A DNA stretch of 35,184 nt. Source: a virus. The notes below the pieces were generated by a model that worked only from the letters and a program-made list of their open reading frames with translations, ran no database searches and was not told the origin of the DNA. Where the stretch lies: IMG/VR virus record IMGVR_UViG_3300001346_000001; one strand, 5' to 3'. Numbering within the stretch: the stretch's first letter is position 1; each line of letters opens with the position of its first letter. The position numbers and the translations under genes were made by a program. This document shows, in pieces, positions 24,735-32,557 of this stretch.

Positions 24735-24959
24735 TTAACCCAATGTACTTCCACCCATAATACCTAGAGATGGGTTTTCTCTATCATCGGCCAATAACAT
24801 TCTCTGACCACCAGCTCTCCTGGCTCTCATTTTAGATTGAATCTGTTTATTTTTTTCAGCTTTTTCAGCTTTTAATCTTCTGTTCTCATCCTCAACAGCT
24901 GTATTAACAACTGGTGCTGGTCTTGGTGGTGCTTTTGGTTTTGAAAATACTCCGCCCAT
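24735..24959 (-). CDS. Small basic protein (74 aa)
   Basis: MGGVFSKPKAPPRPAP... followed by a Lys/Arg-rich helix. SD AAGGGG is present. Function unknown. Confidence 0.5.
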   Translation of the reverse strand: MGGVFSKPKAPPRPAPVVNTAVEDENRRLKAEKAEKNKQIQSKMRARRAGGQRMLLADDRENPSLGIMGGSTLG

Positions 24960-24960
24960 T

Positions 24961-25131
24961 TTAATACCCCTTTGTCATTGTTTCATTAGTTTGTGCAGTT
25001 AATCCACCATCATCAATCATTCTAATTTTTTTCATAAATTTTTTGTATTGAATAGGGTTAGATACTTGTAATAACTGACGAACCACTTTGCTTTTAGCAA
25101 ATTCGTCAAATTTTACTTCTTGCTGTGCCAT
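24961..25131 (-). CDS. Small hypothetical protein (56 aa, not in supplied track)
   Basis: Hand translation gives MAQQEVKFDEFAKSKVVRQLLQVSNPIQYKKFMKKIRMIDDGGLTAQTNETMTKGY. TAATG coupling at 25131. Its stop is 1 nt before the next start, so it fills the gap exactly. Confidence 0.45.
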   Translation of the reverse strand: MAQQEVKFDEFAKSKVVRQLLQVSNPIQYKKFMKKIRMIDDGGLTAQTNETMTKGY

Positions 25132-25619
25132 TAATATATTCTCGCATAAATATTATAATCGGAACCATCAGGGCCATAAGACCTTAACAATCCCTCATTT
25201 TGAAATTTAGCATACTTAGCGTAGCGGATGTTAGTAGGGTTACTAGAGAGTATATACATTTGGAGCCTTTTTATCGTAAGAAAGTCGGGAATTTTATCAA
25301 ATATTCTTTTTGTACTCTTTAAAAATGGAATTGAGTATCTTTTAGTTTTACCATCAAATATCATCCAGCACTCATAAACATTATGATACAACTGAAAAAA
25401 GCCAAATATTAAATGCGGTTGATTATCAACCATAATCGTACAAGAGTGACCAAACGATGCTTGAGTTTCAACATAACTAAAATAGTCAGGTATATTTTCT
25501 TTTAATCTTAATTGGTCTTTAGAAAAACTTAATAGATACAAATGATGTTTATAAAATGGAAATGCTTTACTATAATCAGGTATACATCCTTGAATGAATG
25601 TATAAAAATCATTTACCAT
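25131..25619 (-). CDS. GNAT-like acetyltransferase-fold protein (162 aa)
   Basis: The C-terminal NIRYAKYAKFQNEGLLRSYGPDGSDYNIYARI resembles the GNAT beta-bulge/C-terminal strand pattern (x-G-F-x-x-E-G-x-L-R ... D-x-x-x-Y). It overlaps the terminase stop by 7 nt. Confidence 0.4.
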   Translation of the reverse strand: MVNDFYTFIQGCIPDYSKAFPFYKHHLYLLSFSKDQLRLKENIPDYFSYVETQASFGHSCTIMVDNQPHLIFGFFQLYHNVYECWMIFDGKTKRYSIPFLKSTKRIFDKIPDFLTIKRLQMYILSSNPTNIRYAKYAKFQNEGLLRSYGPDGSDYNIYARIY

Positions 25620-27166
25620 ATTTCAAATTCCATATCAGCTATGGTTGTTTGTCCTTTGTTACTCTGATAACTACCTCGAACTAAACGCTTATGTTCTCCT
25701 CCTCCTAATAATAAATAAGCGTAAGAATCACCTATGTGACTATGCTGGTCCTTGTTTGGCACATCCCTAAATCTATCCTGAGAGCCGGAGATACCAACCC
25801 TTTTAAAATGATACCCTCCATTTAATGCTTTTCGCAATCTTTTACAATCTCGATGAACCCTAAGAGCTGGCTTGCCATCAACTAACCTAATCATTGGTGC
25901 AGCTCCAGCCTCTCGTCTTACTTTAAAATCATTTGATGCAGTAGGCCTGGCATTTAATCCTAAACTCCTTAAATGGTCAAAACTAGTAACCTCAAATATC
26001 TCATCTCTTTTTTGCCCGGCTGGGTCACCCCAAATTACCGGCTCCATTTTTTCAAAGCGAGTATTTAATTCATATAATAACATCTGAGCAAATCTTTCTA
26101 ATCCCATATCCTCAGTAACTATTTCGTGTAATATATGCCATTTACCTGAGGCGTATCGTTGGCCAAACACCGCAGCTGGTGTTAAACCAAAATCAAGGCC
26201 TATTTGAATAGGTAATGACCTATCAATTTCTATATGCTCATCCATCATATCTGAATCAATATATTCCTCCCAAACCGATTTCCCCTCTTTAACAAATCCA
26301 TAATTACCACCAACATAAACTCGTAACCAATCTAATGACTTCCCGCCTAGCTGCTGTTCATAATAGAGATTCGGTAGATTATCAACATTCTCAGCATTGG
26401 GATTAGCTTTCCAATATCTACCAGCTGCTTTAGTAGCATCTTTAGATTCATTAGTTTCTATCATTCCTCCAGGTTGTTTAAAAAAGGTCCAGGGAAATTT
26501 TCCTCGAATAGGCTCTTTCTCAGCTAAACGATAATACCAGCTGTCATCATCCGGGCCATTAGTATCCATTATAATTCCACGCCAAGGACAACCACCATTA
26601 GATTTAGTCGGGAATCTACCCACCCTATGGGTAAGGCCCTGGATAACCGCCAATGGCAATTCCCTTGCCTCGTTGACCCAGGCAAAACTTAATTCCAAAG
26701 AAAGTAGTTTTCGGACATCTTTAGGTTGGTCCAATGCGAGGAAAATCACCTCCAAGTCAACCCCAGGTATATCGCCTTTAGCTGGTAATTTTAAATGATG
26801 TGTTAATGGAGGTGACCATCGCATTGCTCCCCATCGATTCTCAGGAAATAATTCTAACCAAGTTTTAATTGTTGTAGTCCTTAATTCAGGATATGAGTTT
26901 CTAATTACAACTGCTCGAGAATATCTAATATTATCTTTTGGTGATGGAGGTTGTTTTAATGCTCTTAAAAATATCTCAGCGGCACAAGCATAACTTTTCC
27001 CACCACCAACCGGACCCATTAGTGACCTGACAAAAGAGTTGTCATTTAAAAATTTCCAAACAACCGGTGAATTAGAAAAATCTAAATCTAAATTAGTAAT
27101 AGGTAATTCAGCTCTAGTTCTTTTCCTACGATTACTTTTATCTCTTGAACGCTGTGTCCTGGCCAT
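25613..27166 (-). CDS. terL: Terminase large subunit
   Basis: 517 aa. Walker A LMGPVGGGKSYA, a downstream ATPase region and a nuclease-domain motif IQIGLDFGLTPAAVF. Located immediately upstream of the portal region. Confidence 0.9.
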   Translation of the reverse strand: MARTQRSRDKSNRRKRTRAELPITNLDLDFSNSPVVWKFLNDNSFVRSLMGPVGGGKSYACAAEIFLRALKQPPSPKDNIRYSRAVVIRNSYPELRTTTIKTWLELFPENRWGAMRWSPPLTHHLKLPAKGDIPGVDLEVIFLALDQPKDVRKLLSLELSFAWVNEARELPLAVIQGLTHRVGRFPTKSNGGCPWRGIIMDTNGPDDDSWYYRLAEKEPIRGKFPWTFFKQPGGMIETNESKDATKAAGRYWKANPNAENVDNLPNLYYEQQLGGKSLDWLRVYVGGNYGFVKEGKSVWEEYIDSDMMDEHIEIDRSLPIQIGLDFGLTPAAVFGQRYASGKWHILHEIVTEDMGLERFAQMLLYELNTRFEKMEPVIWGDPAGQKRDEIFEVTSFDHLRSLGLNARPTASNDFKVRREAGAAPMIRLVDGKPALRVHRDCKRLRKALNGGYHFKRVGISGSQDRFRDVPNKDQHSHIGDSYAYLLLGGGEHKRLVRGSYQSNKGQTTIADMEFEIW

Positions 27167-27398
27167 TTTGCGGTACTATCTCCAATTCATATTCTAAACA
27201 ATCTAATATTCTTTCTATCGTCTTAATCTTTCCGGTTGATATACCTTTTTCTATTTTATATATCGTATCTGCATTAACACCGGCATCTGATGCTAAATCT
27301 TCCTGAGTATATCCCTTAGCCAATCTCAGCTCTAAAATTATTTTTGCATACCATTCAATCTGATTCTTCGTCATTTTTTTTAACCTTAATAGTAGCAA
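27138..27398 (-). CDS. XRE-family helix-turn-helix protein
   Basis: LRLAKGYTQEDLASDAGVNADTIYKIEKG is a canonical XRE/Cro-type HTH. The likely start is the internal ATG at 27374 (MTKNQ...). It overlaps both the terS stop and the terL start. Confidence 0.6.
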   Translation of the reverse strand: MLLLRLKKMTKNQIEWYAKIILELRLAKGYTQEDLASDAGVNADTIYKIEKGISTGKIKTIERILDCLEYELEIVPQNGQDTAFKR

Positions 27399-27792
27399 CC
27401 TCCGGGCCTTTTAAATTTATCCCTATAACAGCCGGTCTATTATTATCTTCCTGGACCTCTAACAAACCACTATGCTTTGCTAATAATCTTAATGCCGATA
27501 ACTTATCGTGCATCTCAACCTCTAAAGAAGTTCCATATTGAGTCGGTGTTGATTTAACTTTCTTAATAGCTTTCCTAGCTCTATGTGATAACGATTCAGA
27601 ACTATTCATTGATACCTGGCCTTTATCGTTCCAGCTTAGTACATCAGTTATTTCACTCGCTCCAATAGCCTCAAGCTCTTGTTTAACTTTATTCTTTTCA
27701 TCCTCAGAGCCTTTATCCAATAATTGCCTGGCTCTACGAATGGTTATTTTATTTAAATCATTTTCTTCCATATTTCTGCATTGGCCTAACAT
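27355..27792 (-). CDS. terS: Terminase small subunit (P27/Terminase_2-like)
   Basis: The C-terminal half EVEMHDKLSALRLLAKHSGLL matches the conserved DK-x-x-AL-x-LL-x-KH-x-G motif of P27-family small terminases. The alternative start ATG 27771 (MEENDL...) is equally plausible. Confidence 0.6.
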   Translation of the reverse strand: MLGQCRNMEENDLNKITIRRARQLLDKGSEDEKNKVKQELEAIGASEITDVLSWNDKGQVSMNSSESLSHRARKAIKKVKSTPTQYGTSLEVEMHDKLSALRLLAKHSGLLEVQEDNNRPAVIGINLKGPEVATIKVKKNDEESD

Positions 27793-28069
27793 TATGTAAA
27801 GGCGTATCCATATCGTAATAATTATCAGAACTCATACACAAATAACCACCAAACTCTTTATTCGAAATTTTTTTACGCTTTCTAATTTGTTTAATAATTA
27901 CCTGAGCAAATGAACAGTTTGGCAATCTGCCTATATGGTGAGGTGTATGTGAATTATCACCATTAATTGTAAACATTACTAAGAACCAGGCTTTACTTAT
28001 CATCATCTGACCAAGCTGGAGCTTTCCAGTTATGTTTATATAAATTCGGTGCATAACCTGAATAGACAA
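27758..28069 (-). CDS. Small HTH-like protein; true start probably internal (ATG 28006 or 27976)
   Basis: FAQVIIKQIRKRKKISNKEFGGYLCMSSDNYYDME resembles an XRE-type HTH. The N-terminal third of the track ORF overlaps a better-coupled 44-aa ORF in another frame. Confidence 0.35.
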   Translation of the reverse strand: MSIQVMHRIYINITGKLQLGQMMISKAWFLVMFTINGDNSHTPHHIGRLPNCSFAQVIIKQIRKRKKISNKEFGGYLCMSSDNYYDMDTPLHNVRPMQKYGRK

Positions 28070-28127
28070 ACTTATTTACATAATTATCGAATTCTTTATC
28101 TAATTTTGTTTTTTTCTTATCTGCCAT
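27993..28127 (-). CDS. Possible small ORF (44 aa, not in supplied track)
   Basis: MADKKKTKLDKEFDNYVNKFVYSGYAPNLYKHNWKAPAWSDDDK. Its start overlaps the upstream stop by 11 nt. Confidence 0.25.
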   Translation of the reverse strand: MADKKKTKLDKEFDNYVNKFVYSGYAPNLYKHNWKAPAWSDDDK

Positions 28128-28353
28128 ATTTCTCTTTCATCATTTCCCTGGAACCAGCTATTGCATCATTATGTTCTTTAATTTTTTCCCAAAATTCCTT
28201 TGTATAACATCCGAACCATTGAACATTTGGAAATTCAGTTTGAATCGTAATTAAAGCAATTTTACAATCAGGAAATGTTTCATTAAATTTAACTAATTGA
28301 ATATCCCCATTAGGTAATAATAAAGTCGCTAAAACTACAAACTCTTTAATCAT
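28117..28353 (-). CDS. Hypothetical protein (78 aa)
   Basis: ATGA overlap with the upstream DUF3310 gene stop. No recognisable motif. Confidence 0.5.
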   Translation of the reverse strand: MIKEFVVLATLLLPNGDIQLVKFNETFPDCKIALITIQTEFPNVQWFGCYTKEFWEKIKEHNDAIAGSREMMKEKYGR

Positions 28354-28742
28354 TCAACATCCGATGGTTTATCTCCAGCCTCATATTCTACATACTCTCG
28401 ATTTTCTCCTTGAGGGTATTTATGAGTAATTTGTTTCTGTTTATATTTATTAAAAAACCATTCAGCCTTATTTAAATCTTCAGCTAAATATCCTTTATGC
28501 TCCGCTCTCGAAATATATTTTATAAAGCTGCCCTTTAAGTACCCAATAAATTCCTCAGGAGATAATAACGATTCAATTATTTCGATAGTTTCAAATTTAC
28601 CTTGTTTGTAGTGCGGTGGAGAATTTACCATATCAATAAACTCATCAGCTTTTTTGCCTAAAATTTCTTGCGAAGTACCCCTAATATCAGCAGGCCCCTG
28701 GGAGGGAGGGTGGTATCCATTTTTTTTTGGTGTGTTTTCCAT
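28350..28742 (-). CDS. DUF3310-family protein
   Basis: VNSPPHYKQGKFETIEIIES...FIGYLKGSFIKYISRAEHKG...DLNKAEWFF follows the DUF3310 signature (P-x-H-Y ... I-E-x-I ... G-N-x-x-K-Y-x-x-R ... K ... D-L-x-K-A). Start chosen at ATG 28742 (AAAGGA SD); the track start 28814 overlaps the upstream gene. Confidence 0.65.
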   Translation of the reverse strand: MENTPKKNGYHPPSQGPADIRGTSQEILGKKADEFIDMVNSPPHYKQGKFETIEIIESLLSPEEFIGYLKGSFIKYISRAEHKGYLAEDLNKAEWFFNKYKQKQITHKYPQGENREYVEYEAGDKPSDVE

Positions 28743-28789
28743 CTTTTTTATCCTTTCATAATGCATTCCACCGATTGGATAATGCAATT

Positions 28790-29500
28790 CTACATTAATC
28801 CGGTGGCTTTGCAAACTTCAATTAAAGTTAATGGCATTGGTTTATTTTCCTGGAGCCTGGTAATGGTCAAGGTGGCTGTGTATTCCAGGACTTGTTCAGC
28901 TGTAATGCCAGCAGCTGCAACAATCTCGGCCTCTTTTAAATAATTATCAGGAATTCTAGGCTGACCACAGCCTCTCTCAATTCCGGAGCAAAACGCTTGT
29001 GCGATACTCTTTTTTTGTAGTTCATTGATTTTTCCCCCCTTTAACCCCTTACTGTTATCTATAACATTCTGTAAGTTCTCCTCAGGATATTCTTCAGCTA
29101 TCTTTGGCCTTGGAGCATAGAATTGCTCTTTAGTTGGTAATATAGTTTGTGGACCATCATATAAGACTTGATAACGATTTGTAGCATACTTGGATTTAAT
29201 ATTCGCTCCAGGTATTCTGTATGGTCTTTTATTTAATTTTCTTATGTATCCTAATTTAATGAGCTTTTGAATATGTATTGATATAGTTTTTGGTGTCCTT
29301 GAGATATGTCTACCAAGTGTAACTCGAGAGGGAAAACAGATGCCATATTTATTAGTATGTAAACAAATAGCTCCCAATAATCTGAGTGTTGTGTAATGTA
29401 AATCATCATCCTGGACACTTCGAGCTGGCATAACTGAATATCTTCTCGTTTCAGGCTTAGATTGTCTTATTTGTGGTTTTGTATTTTTATTAACAAACAT
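28790..29500 (-). CDS. Winged-helix DNA-binding protein, replication-initiator candidate (236 aa)
   Basis: LRLLGAICLHTNKYGICFPSRVTLGRHISRTPKTISIHIQKLIKLGYIRKL is a wHTH of the type seen in phage/plasmid initiators. Located in the replication module near the iteron array. Confidence 0.45.
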   Translation of the reverse strand: MFVNKNTKPQIRQSKPETRRYSVMPARSVQDDDLHYTTLRLLGAICLHTNKYGICFPSRVTLGRHISRTPKTISIHIQKLIKLGYIRKLNKRPYRIPGANIKSKYATNRYQVLYDGPQTILPTKEQFYAPRPKIAEEYPEENLQNVIDNSKGLKGGKINELQKKSIAQAFCSGIERGCGQPRIPDNYLKEAEIVAAAGITAEQVLEYTATLTITRLQENKPMPLTLIEVCKATGLM

Positions 29501-29502
29501 AA

Positions 29503-30024
29503 TTAAAATGGAATCTCATCATCTAATCCCAGCTCCTTTGCATTGGCAATATTGCCATCTTTATCTCTTTTTATTGGTGTTTTCATTTGGTCATTTAATG
29601 ATACTTTAACTATTTCAGGCTTAGGTATAATTAAGGCCGCTAACAATATATTAGCTGGCATAAACTTAACCAATTCCTCTATATTGATATGCAATGTGTC
29701 TTTTTTATACTCTTTAGGTACTTCATTTTTATAAACTGATATGATTTTTCCTGATGGATGTTTAACTTCCCATACTTCTCCTGGTGTGTAAGCATCGGCC
29801 CATTCATCTAATTTCATCCAGCCTTTAATCATTGCTTTGGCGTGTTTAATTATTTCAGATTCGTTATTATCCTCGATTGCCTGGTTTAGTTTCTCTTGTT
29901 GTTTAATAAACTTCTCAGCTAGAGGAGCTACAACATAATCTGTTATTTGTTTAGGTAGATATTTTCTTTCTAACTTAGCTGCCAATAAATCTAATTCTTT
30001 AATCGTTTCAAATTTAATATCCAT
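29503..30024 (-). CDS. Replication-module protein with SSB-like C-terminal tail (ends LGLDDEIPF)
   Basis: 173 aa. The last six residues, DDEIPF, closely match the conserved bacterial SSB C-terminal tip DDDIPF. The N-terminal about 80 aa are helical and do not look like an OB fold. SD AAAAGGA. Lies directly downstream of the iteron array. Confidence 0.55.
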   Translation of the reverse strand: MDIKFETIKELDLLAAKLERKYLPKQITDYVVAPLAEKFIKQQEKLNQAIEDNNESEIIKHAKAMIKGWMKLDEWADAYTPGEVWEVKHPSGKIISVYKNEVPKEYKKDTLHINIEELVKFMPANILLAALIIPKPEIVKVSLNDQMKTPIKRDKDGNIANAKELGLDDEIPF

Positions 30025-30037
30025 ACATTAATCCTTT

Positions 30038-30238
30038 TGTCCGGACACATTGCGGACACTCGGACACCCTATAGGGTGGTGTCCGGCTTGTCCGGTCCTG
30101 GAAATTGTCCGCTTAATTGTCCGCATAGTGATTAAATCCCTGATTTCCGGTACTTTTACCCCCGGACACATTGTCCGCTTGGACTTGTCCGCTTACAACC
30201 CAAACCCAATCACCGAGCTTATCAATTTGTCCGGCTTG
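30038..30238. repeat. Iteron array: 12 copies of TGTCCG/CGGACA (candidate replication origin/initiator binding array)
   Basis: - Forward TGTCCG at 30038, 30080, 30089, 30106, 30118, 30172, 30186 and 30228.
- Reverse CGGACA at 30042, 30053, 30061 and 30163.
- TTGTCCGCTT occurs 3 times (30105, 30171, 30185).
- GTCCGGCTTG occurs twice (30081, 30229).
- Perfect palindrome TGTCCGGACA at 30038-30047.
- Imperfect palindrome CGGACACCCTATAGGGTGGTGTCCG at 30061-30085. Confidence 0.75.
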
Positions 30239-32020
30239 CATTAATGATTTTGCGGTCCTAACAAATGCTTTTCTCTTTGCATCCTGAGTGTTTCCGGTGG
30301 TTATTATCTTTTCATAGGCTAATTCTTTAAATTTATCGTATAGAACAGCTTTATGAGGTATTTTACCACCTGGTTCTGTTCCATATTCCTCGAGTGCCAG
30401 CTCCAATGTATTTAATAATTCTTTTTGATTTGGCGTTAATCTTTTAATCTTTTCTGCTTTTTCATTAGATAGTTTTAACACCAGGCTAGTTTCTGATGAT
30501 AAGTCGAGTTCATCATCATTGAGCGATACTTGTTCAGATTCAAACCATACTACATCTGATGCCTCAGCATCTTTTTGTTTTTCTGTAATTAAACCAACCA
30601 GTTTATCTTGTCTTTGTACTTTTAAACTAACATCGACAGCTCCTATCATTGCGGTACTACCTCTAGCTCCTTTAACTGAATCTTTACCGCTGTGATGAAT
30701 TGGCATAACTGTGCAATTAAAGGTATTTCTTATTTTATCCATAGCCTGGATAGCTAATCCCATATCTTGAGCTGAGTTTTCATCTCCAGCCATACATCTG
30801 GCAACAGTATCAAATACTATCAGCTGTATATTGTCTTGTTTAAATGCCTGAATAGTTTCTATTAAATCATTAATAGCTTGTTCATCGAGTAATCCGACAG
30901 CTTGAGGTATAATATGAACCGGAGCTATTGGTTTTATATTCTTTTTATTATGCCAGGCTTGTAATCTTTTTCTTAATCCACCAACACCCTCGCCAGCTAT
31001 ATAGAATACAGCTCCAGGAATAACATCGTTATCGTGCCAGCTGATGTTATGAGCAATATGTAGTGACATATCTAGTGCTACAAAGGTTTTTCCCGAGCCT
31101 GGAGAGCCATATATCATTGACATTGAGTTCTCGGGTATGAAATTTTTAATTAACCATTTAACCGGTGGCATATTCATTACATCGGTAATGCTCATAACCT
31201 TAATTGGAGTCATTGGTTTATCGGATACAAATTCTGTTTTTTCTACGAGAGTTTCTAAATCTTTAATACTTTTATCCTCGAGCCAATCGAATACATCGCC
31301 TTTTGGTTTAAGGTTCGGCAGCTGCAATAGTTTTATTGATTTTGCAACGCCTTGGAGTGATTTAATCACTTGCCTACTGTGCTTTTCACCCGGTTCATCG
31401 TTATCAGGAATAACAATAACATCTCTATTTTTTAAATATTCGCTATGTTCTTTAGTCCATTTACCTGAGCCTCCGCTATTACAGCTGGCTACTAATCCTA
31501 AATTTTCCAGCTTTAATACATCTTTTTCGCCCTCAACTATATATACCGGTTTTGTTTGATTCTTTAATATGTTTGGTAATCTAAATGGGAGTAGGGATAC
31601 GCCCTGGAGGTTCCAAACTGCTTTCCCATTAATTACTTGGCGTTGTCTAAATGTTTTAGGTTCATATCGAATGACTTGATATATAATTTTGCCTTGAGAA
31701 TCCTGGTAATCGTAAACTGTTTGTTTAGTTGGTAATTTTATATCATCAACATCTTTGAGCTGCGGCTGTTCATCATCATTTTGCATACCAATAACATCGG
31801 TAAGAAATTCCTGAACGCTGATATTACTCGGTCCATATTGTTTTATTAAATCAGTACAGCCGCCACCTTGCTCCAGCTCAAAATCATAATAAGTACCTTT
31901 TTCTAGGTTTATGACCTTTGAGCCTTGGTTTCCCCAGCGTAATTCTTCCTCTTTAACTACGCTAGGTGAACCCCAGAAATGGGTAGCAACAGCTTGTATA
32001 CTGTCCGCCCACTTATCCAT
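30113..32020 (-). CDS. Bifunctional DNA primase-helicase (TOPRIM + RepA/DnaB-like P-loop)
   Basis: TOPRIM motifs YIVEGEKDVLKLE and VIVIPDNDEPGEKH. Walker A IYGSPGSGKTF, Walker B LIVFDTVARC, and PIHHSGKD. A degenerate zinc-ribbon-like N-terminus (GTYYDFELEQGGGCTDLI). The C-terminal about 40 codons are encoded by the iteron array. Confidence 0.85.
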   Translation of the reverse strand: MDKWADSIQAVATHFWGSPSVVKEEELRWGNQGSKVINLEKGTYYDFELEQGGGCTDLIKQYGPSNISVQEFLTDVIGMQNDDEQPQLKDVDDIKLPTKQTVYDYQDSQGKIIYQVIRYEPKTFRQRQVINGKAVWNLQGVSLLPFRLPNILKNQTKPVYIVEGEKDVLKLENLGLVASCNSGGSGKWTKEHSEYLKNRDVIVIPDNDEPGEKHSRQVIKSLQGVAKSIKLLQLPNLKPKGDVFDWLEDKSIKDLETLVEKTEFVSDKPMTPIKVMSITDVMNMPPVKWLIKNFIPENSMSMIYGSPGSGKTFVALDMSLHIAHNISWHDNDVIPGAVFYIAGEGVGGLRKRLQAWHNKKNIKPIAPVHIIPQAVGLLDEQAINDLIETIQAFKQDNIQLIVFDTVARCMAGDENSAQDMGLAIQAMDKIRNTFNCTVMPIHHSGKDSVKGARGSTAMIGAVDVSLKVQRQDKLVGLITEKQKDAEASDVVWFESEQVSLNDDELDLSSETSLVLKLSNEKAEKIKRLTPNQKELLNTLELALEEYGTEPGGKIPHKAVLYDKFKELAYEKIITTGNTQDAKRKAFVRTAKSLMQAGQIDKLGDWVWVVSGQVQADNVSGGKSTGNQGFNHYADN

Positions 32021-32023
32021 CGT

Positions 32024-32557
32024 TTATTCAAACTCAGGTTTATTATCATCGGTTTCGGTCGCAGCTGGTGCCATTTCCGGAGCATCAACAAACTTAACGA
32101 ATTTTAACTTGGGAACCGCTACTTTAGCTGGTCCAAATTCCATCATTTCGTGACCATCATATTCAATCAGAGCTGCTTTTTTAGATTCTGCCCAATCTTT
32201 TCCCATTTGGTCAAATACTTTTGAAACAGCATCCCGGCTTGCTCTTTGATTGGAAATCCATTCTCTCCAGCCACTAATTGGGCTACCTTGCTTTTCAGAT
32301 AGATAGACCATTAGAAAGAACGCTTTTTTAAAGCCGCTATCTTTATCTATTTTTACTTTTGAGCCTGGAGTATCATTCCATTTCCATATTGGTGATTGGC
32401 CTTTTTCTAATTTGCCTTGACCAATTTTTATTGAATCTGGAGCTATTAAAAATTGTTTAAGCTCACATTTTTCTCCATCGACATCCCAAGTTTGTTCCTG
32501 GGCTTTCCAAGAGATATATTGAACATCTCCATCACTTCCTAAATCAAGATTCATCAT
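32024..32557 (-). CDS. Possible T7 gp2.5-like single-stranded DNA-binding protein (acidic C-terminal tail ...TETDDNKPEFE)
   Basis: Position between the resolvase and the primase-helicase, size about 177 aa, and an acidic tail with a penultimate aromatic residue. Start chosen at ATG 32557 (AAAGGAAAAA SD). I recognise no direct OB-fold motif. Confidence 0.3.
   Translation of the reverse strand: MMNLDLGSDGDVQYISWKAQEQTWDVDGEKCELKQFLIAPDSIKIGQGKLEKGQSPIWKWNDTPGSKVKIDKDSGFKKAFFLMVYLSEKQGSPISGWREWISNQRASRDAVSKVFDQMGKDWAESKKAALIEYDGHEMMEFGPAKVAVPKLKFVKFVDAPEMAPAATETDDNKPEFE

Noticed and set aside
30067-30080. CACCCTATAGGGTG, reminiscent of the T7-type promoter core (TATAGGG)
   Set aside because: No phage RNA polymerase gene is present, and the sequence is simply the centre of an iteron palindrome.
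30050-30244. 64-aa plus-strand ORF across the iteron region
   Set aside because: It stays open only because the GC-rich TGTCCG repeats lack stop codons. It overlaps the primase-helicase 3' end in antisense and has no SD.
31137-31559. 140-aa plus-strand ORF inside the primase-helicase gene
   Set aside because: It is antisense to a gene with strong TOPRIM and Walker motifs. It has no start signals, and its Ser/Leu/Phe-rich composition is typical of antisense frames. The same reasoning applies to the other antisense track ORFs: 162..368, 5427..5618, 6282..6547, 8486..8717, 10264..10521, 10929..11138, 11227..11412, 12654..12869, 15409..15747, 19238..19441, 21175..21450, 22008..22286, 23672..23875, 25872..26087, 27344..27541, 28668..28943, 29543..29734, 31911..32153, 32624..32842 and 32868..33053.
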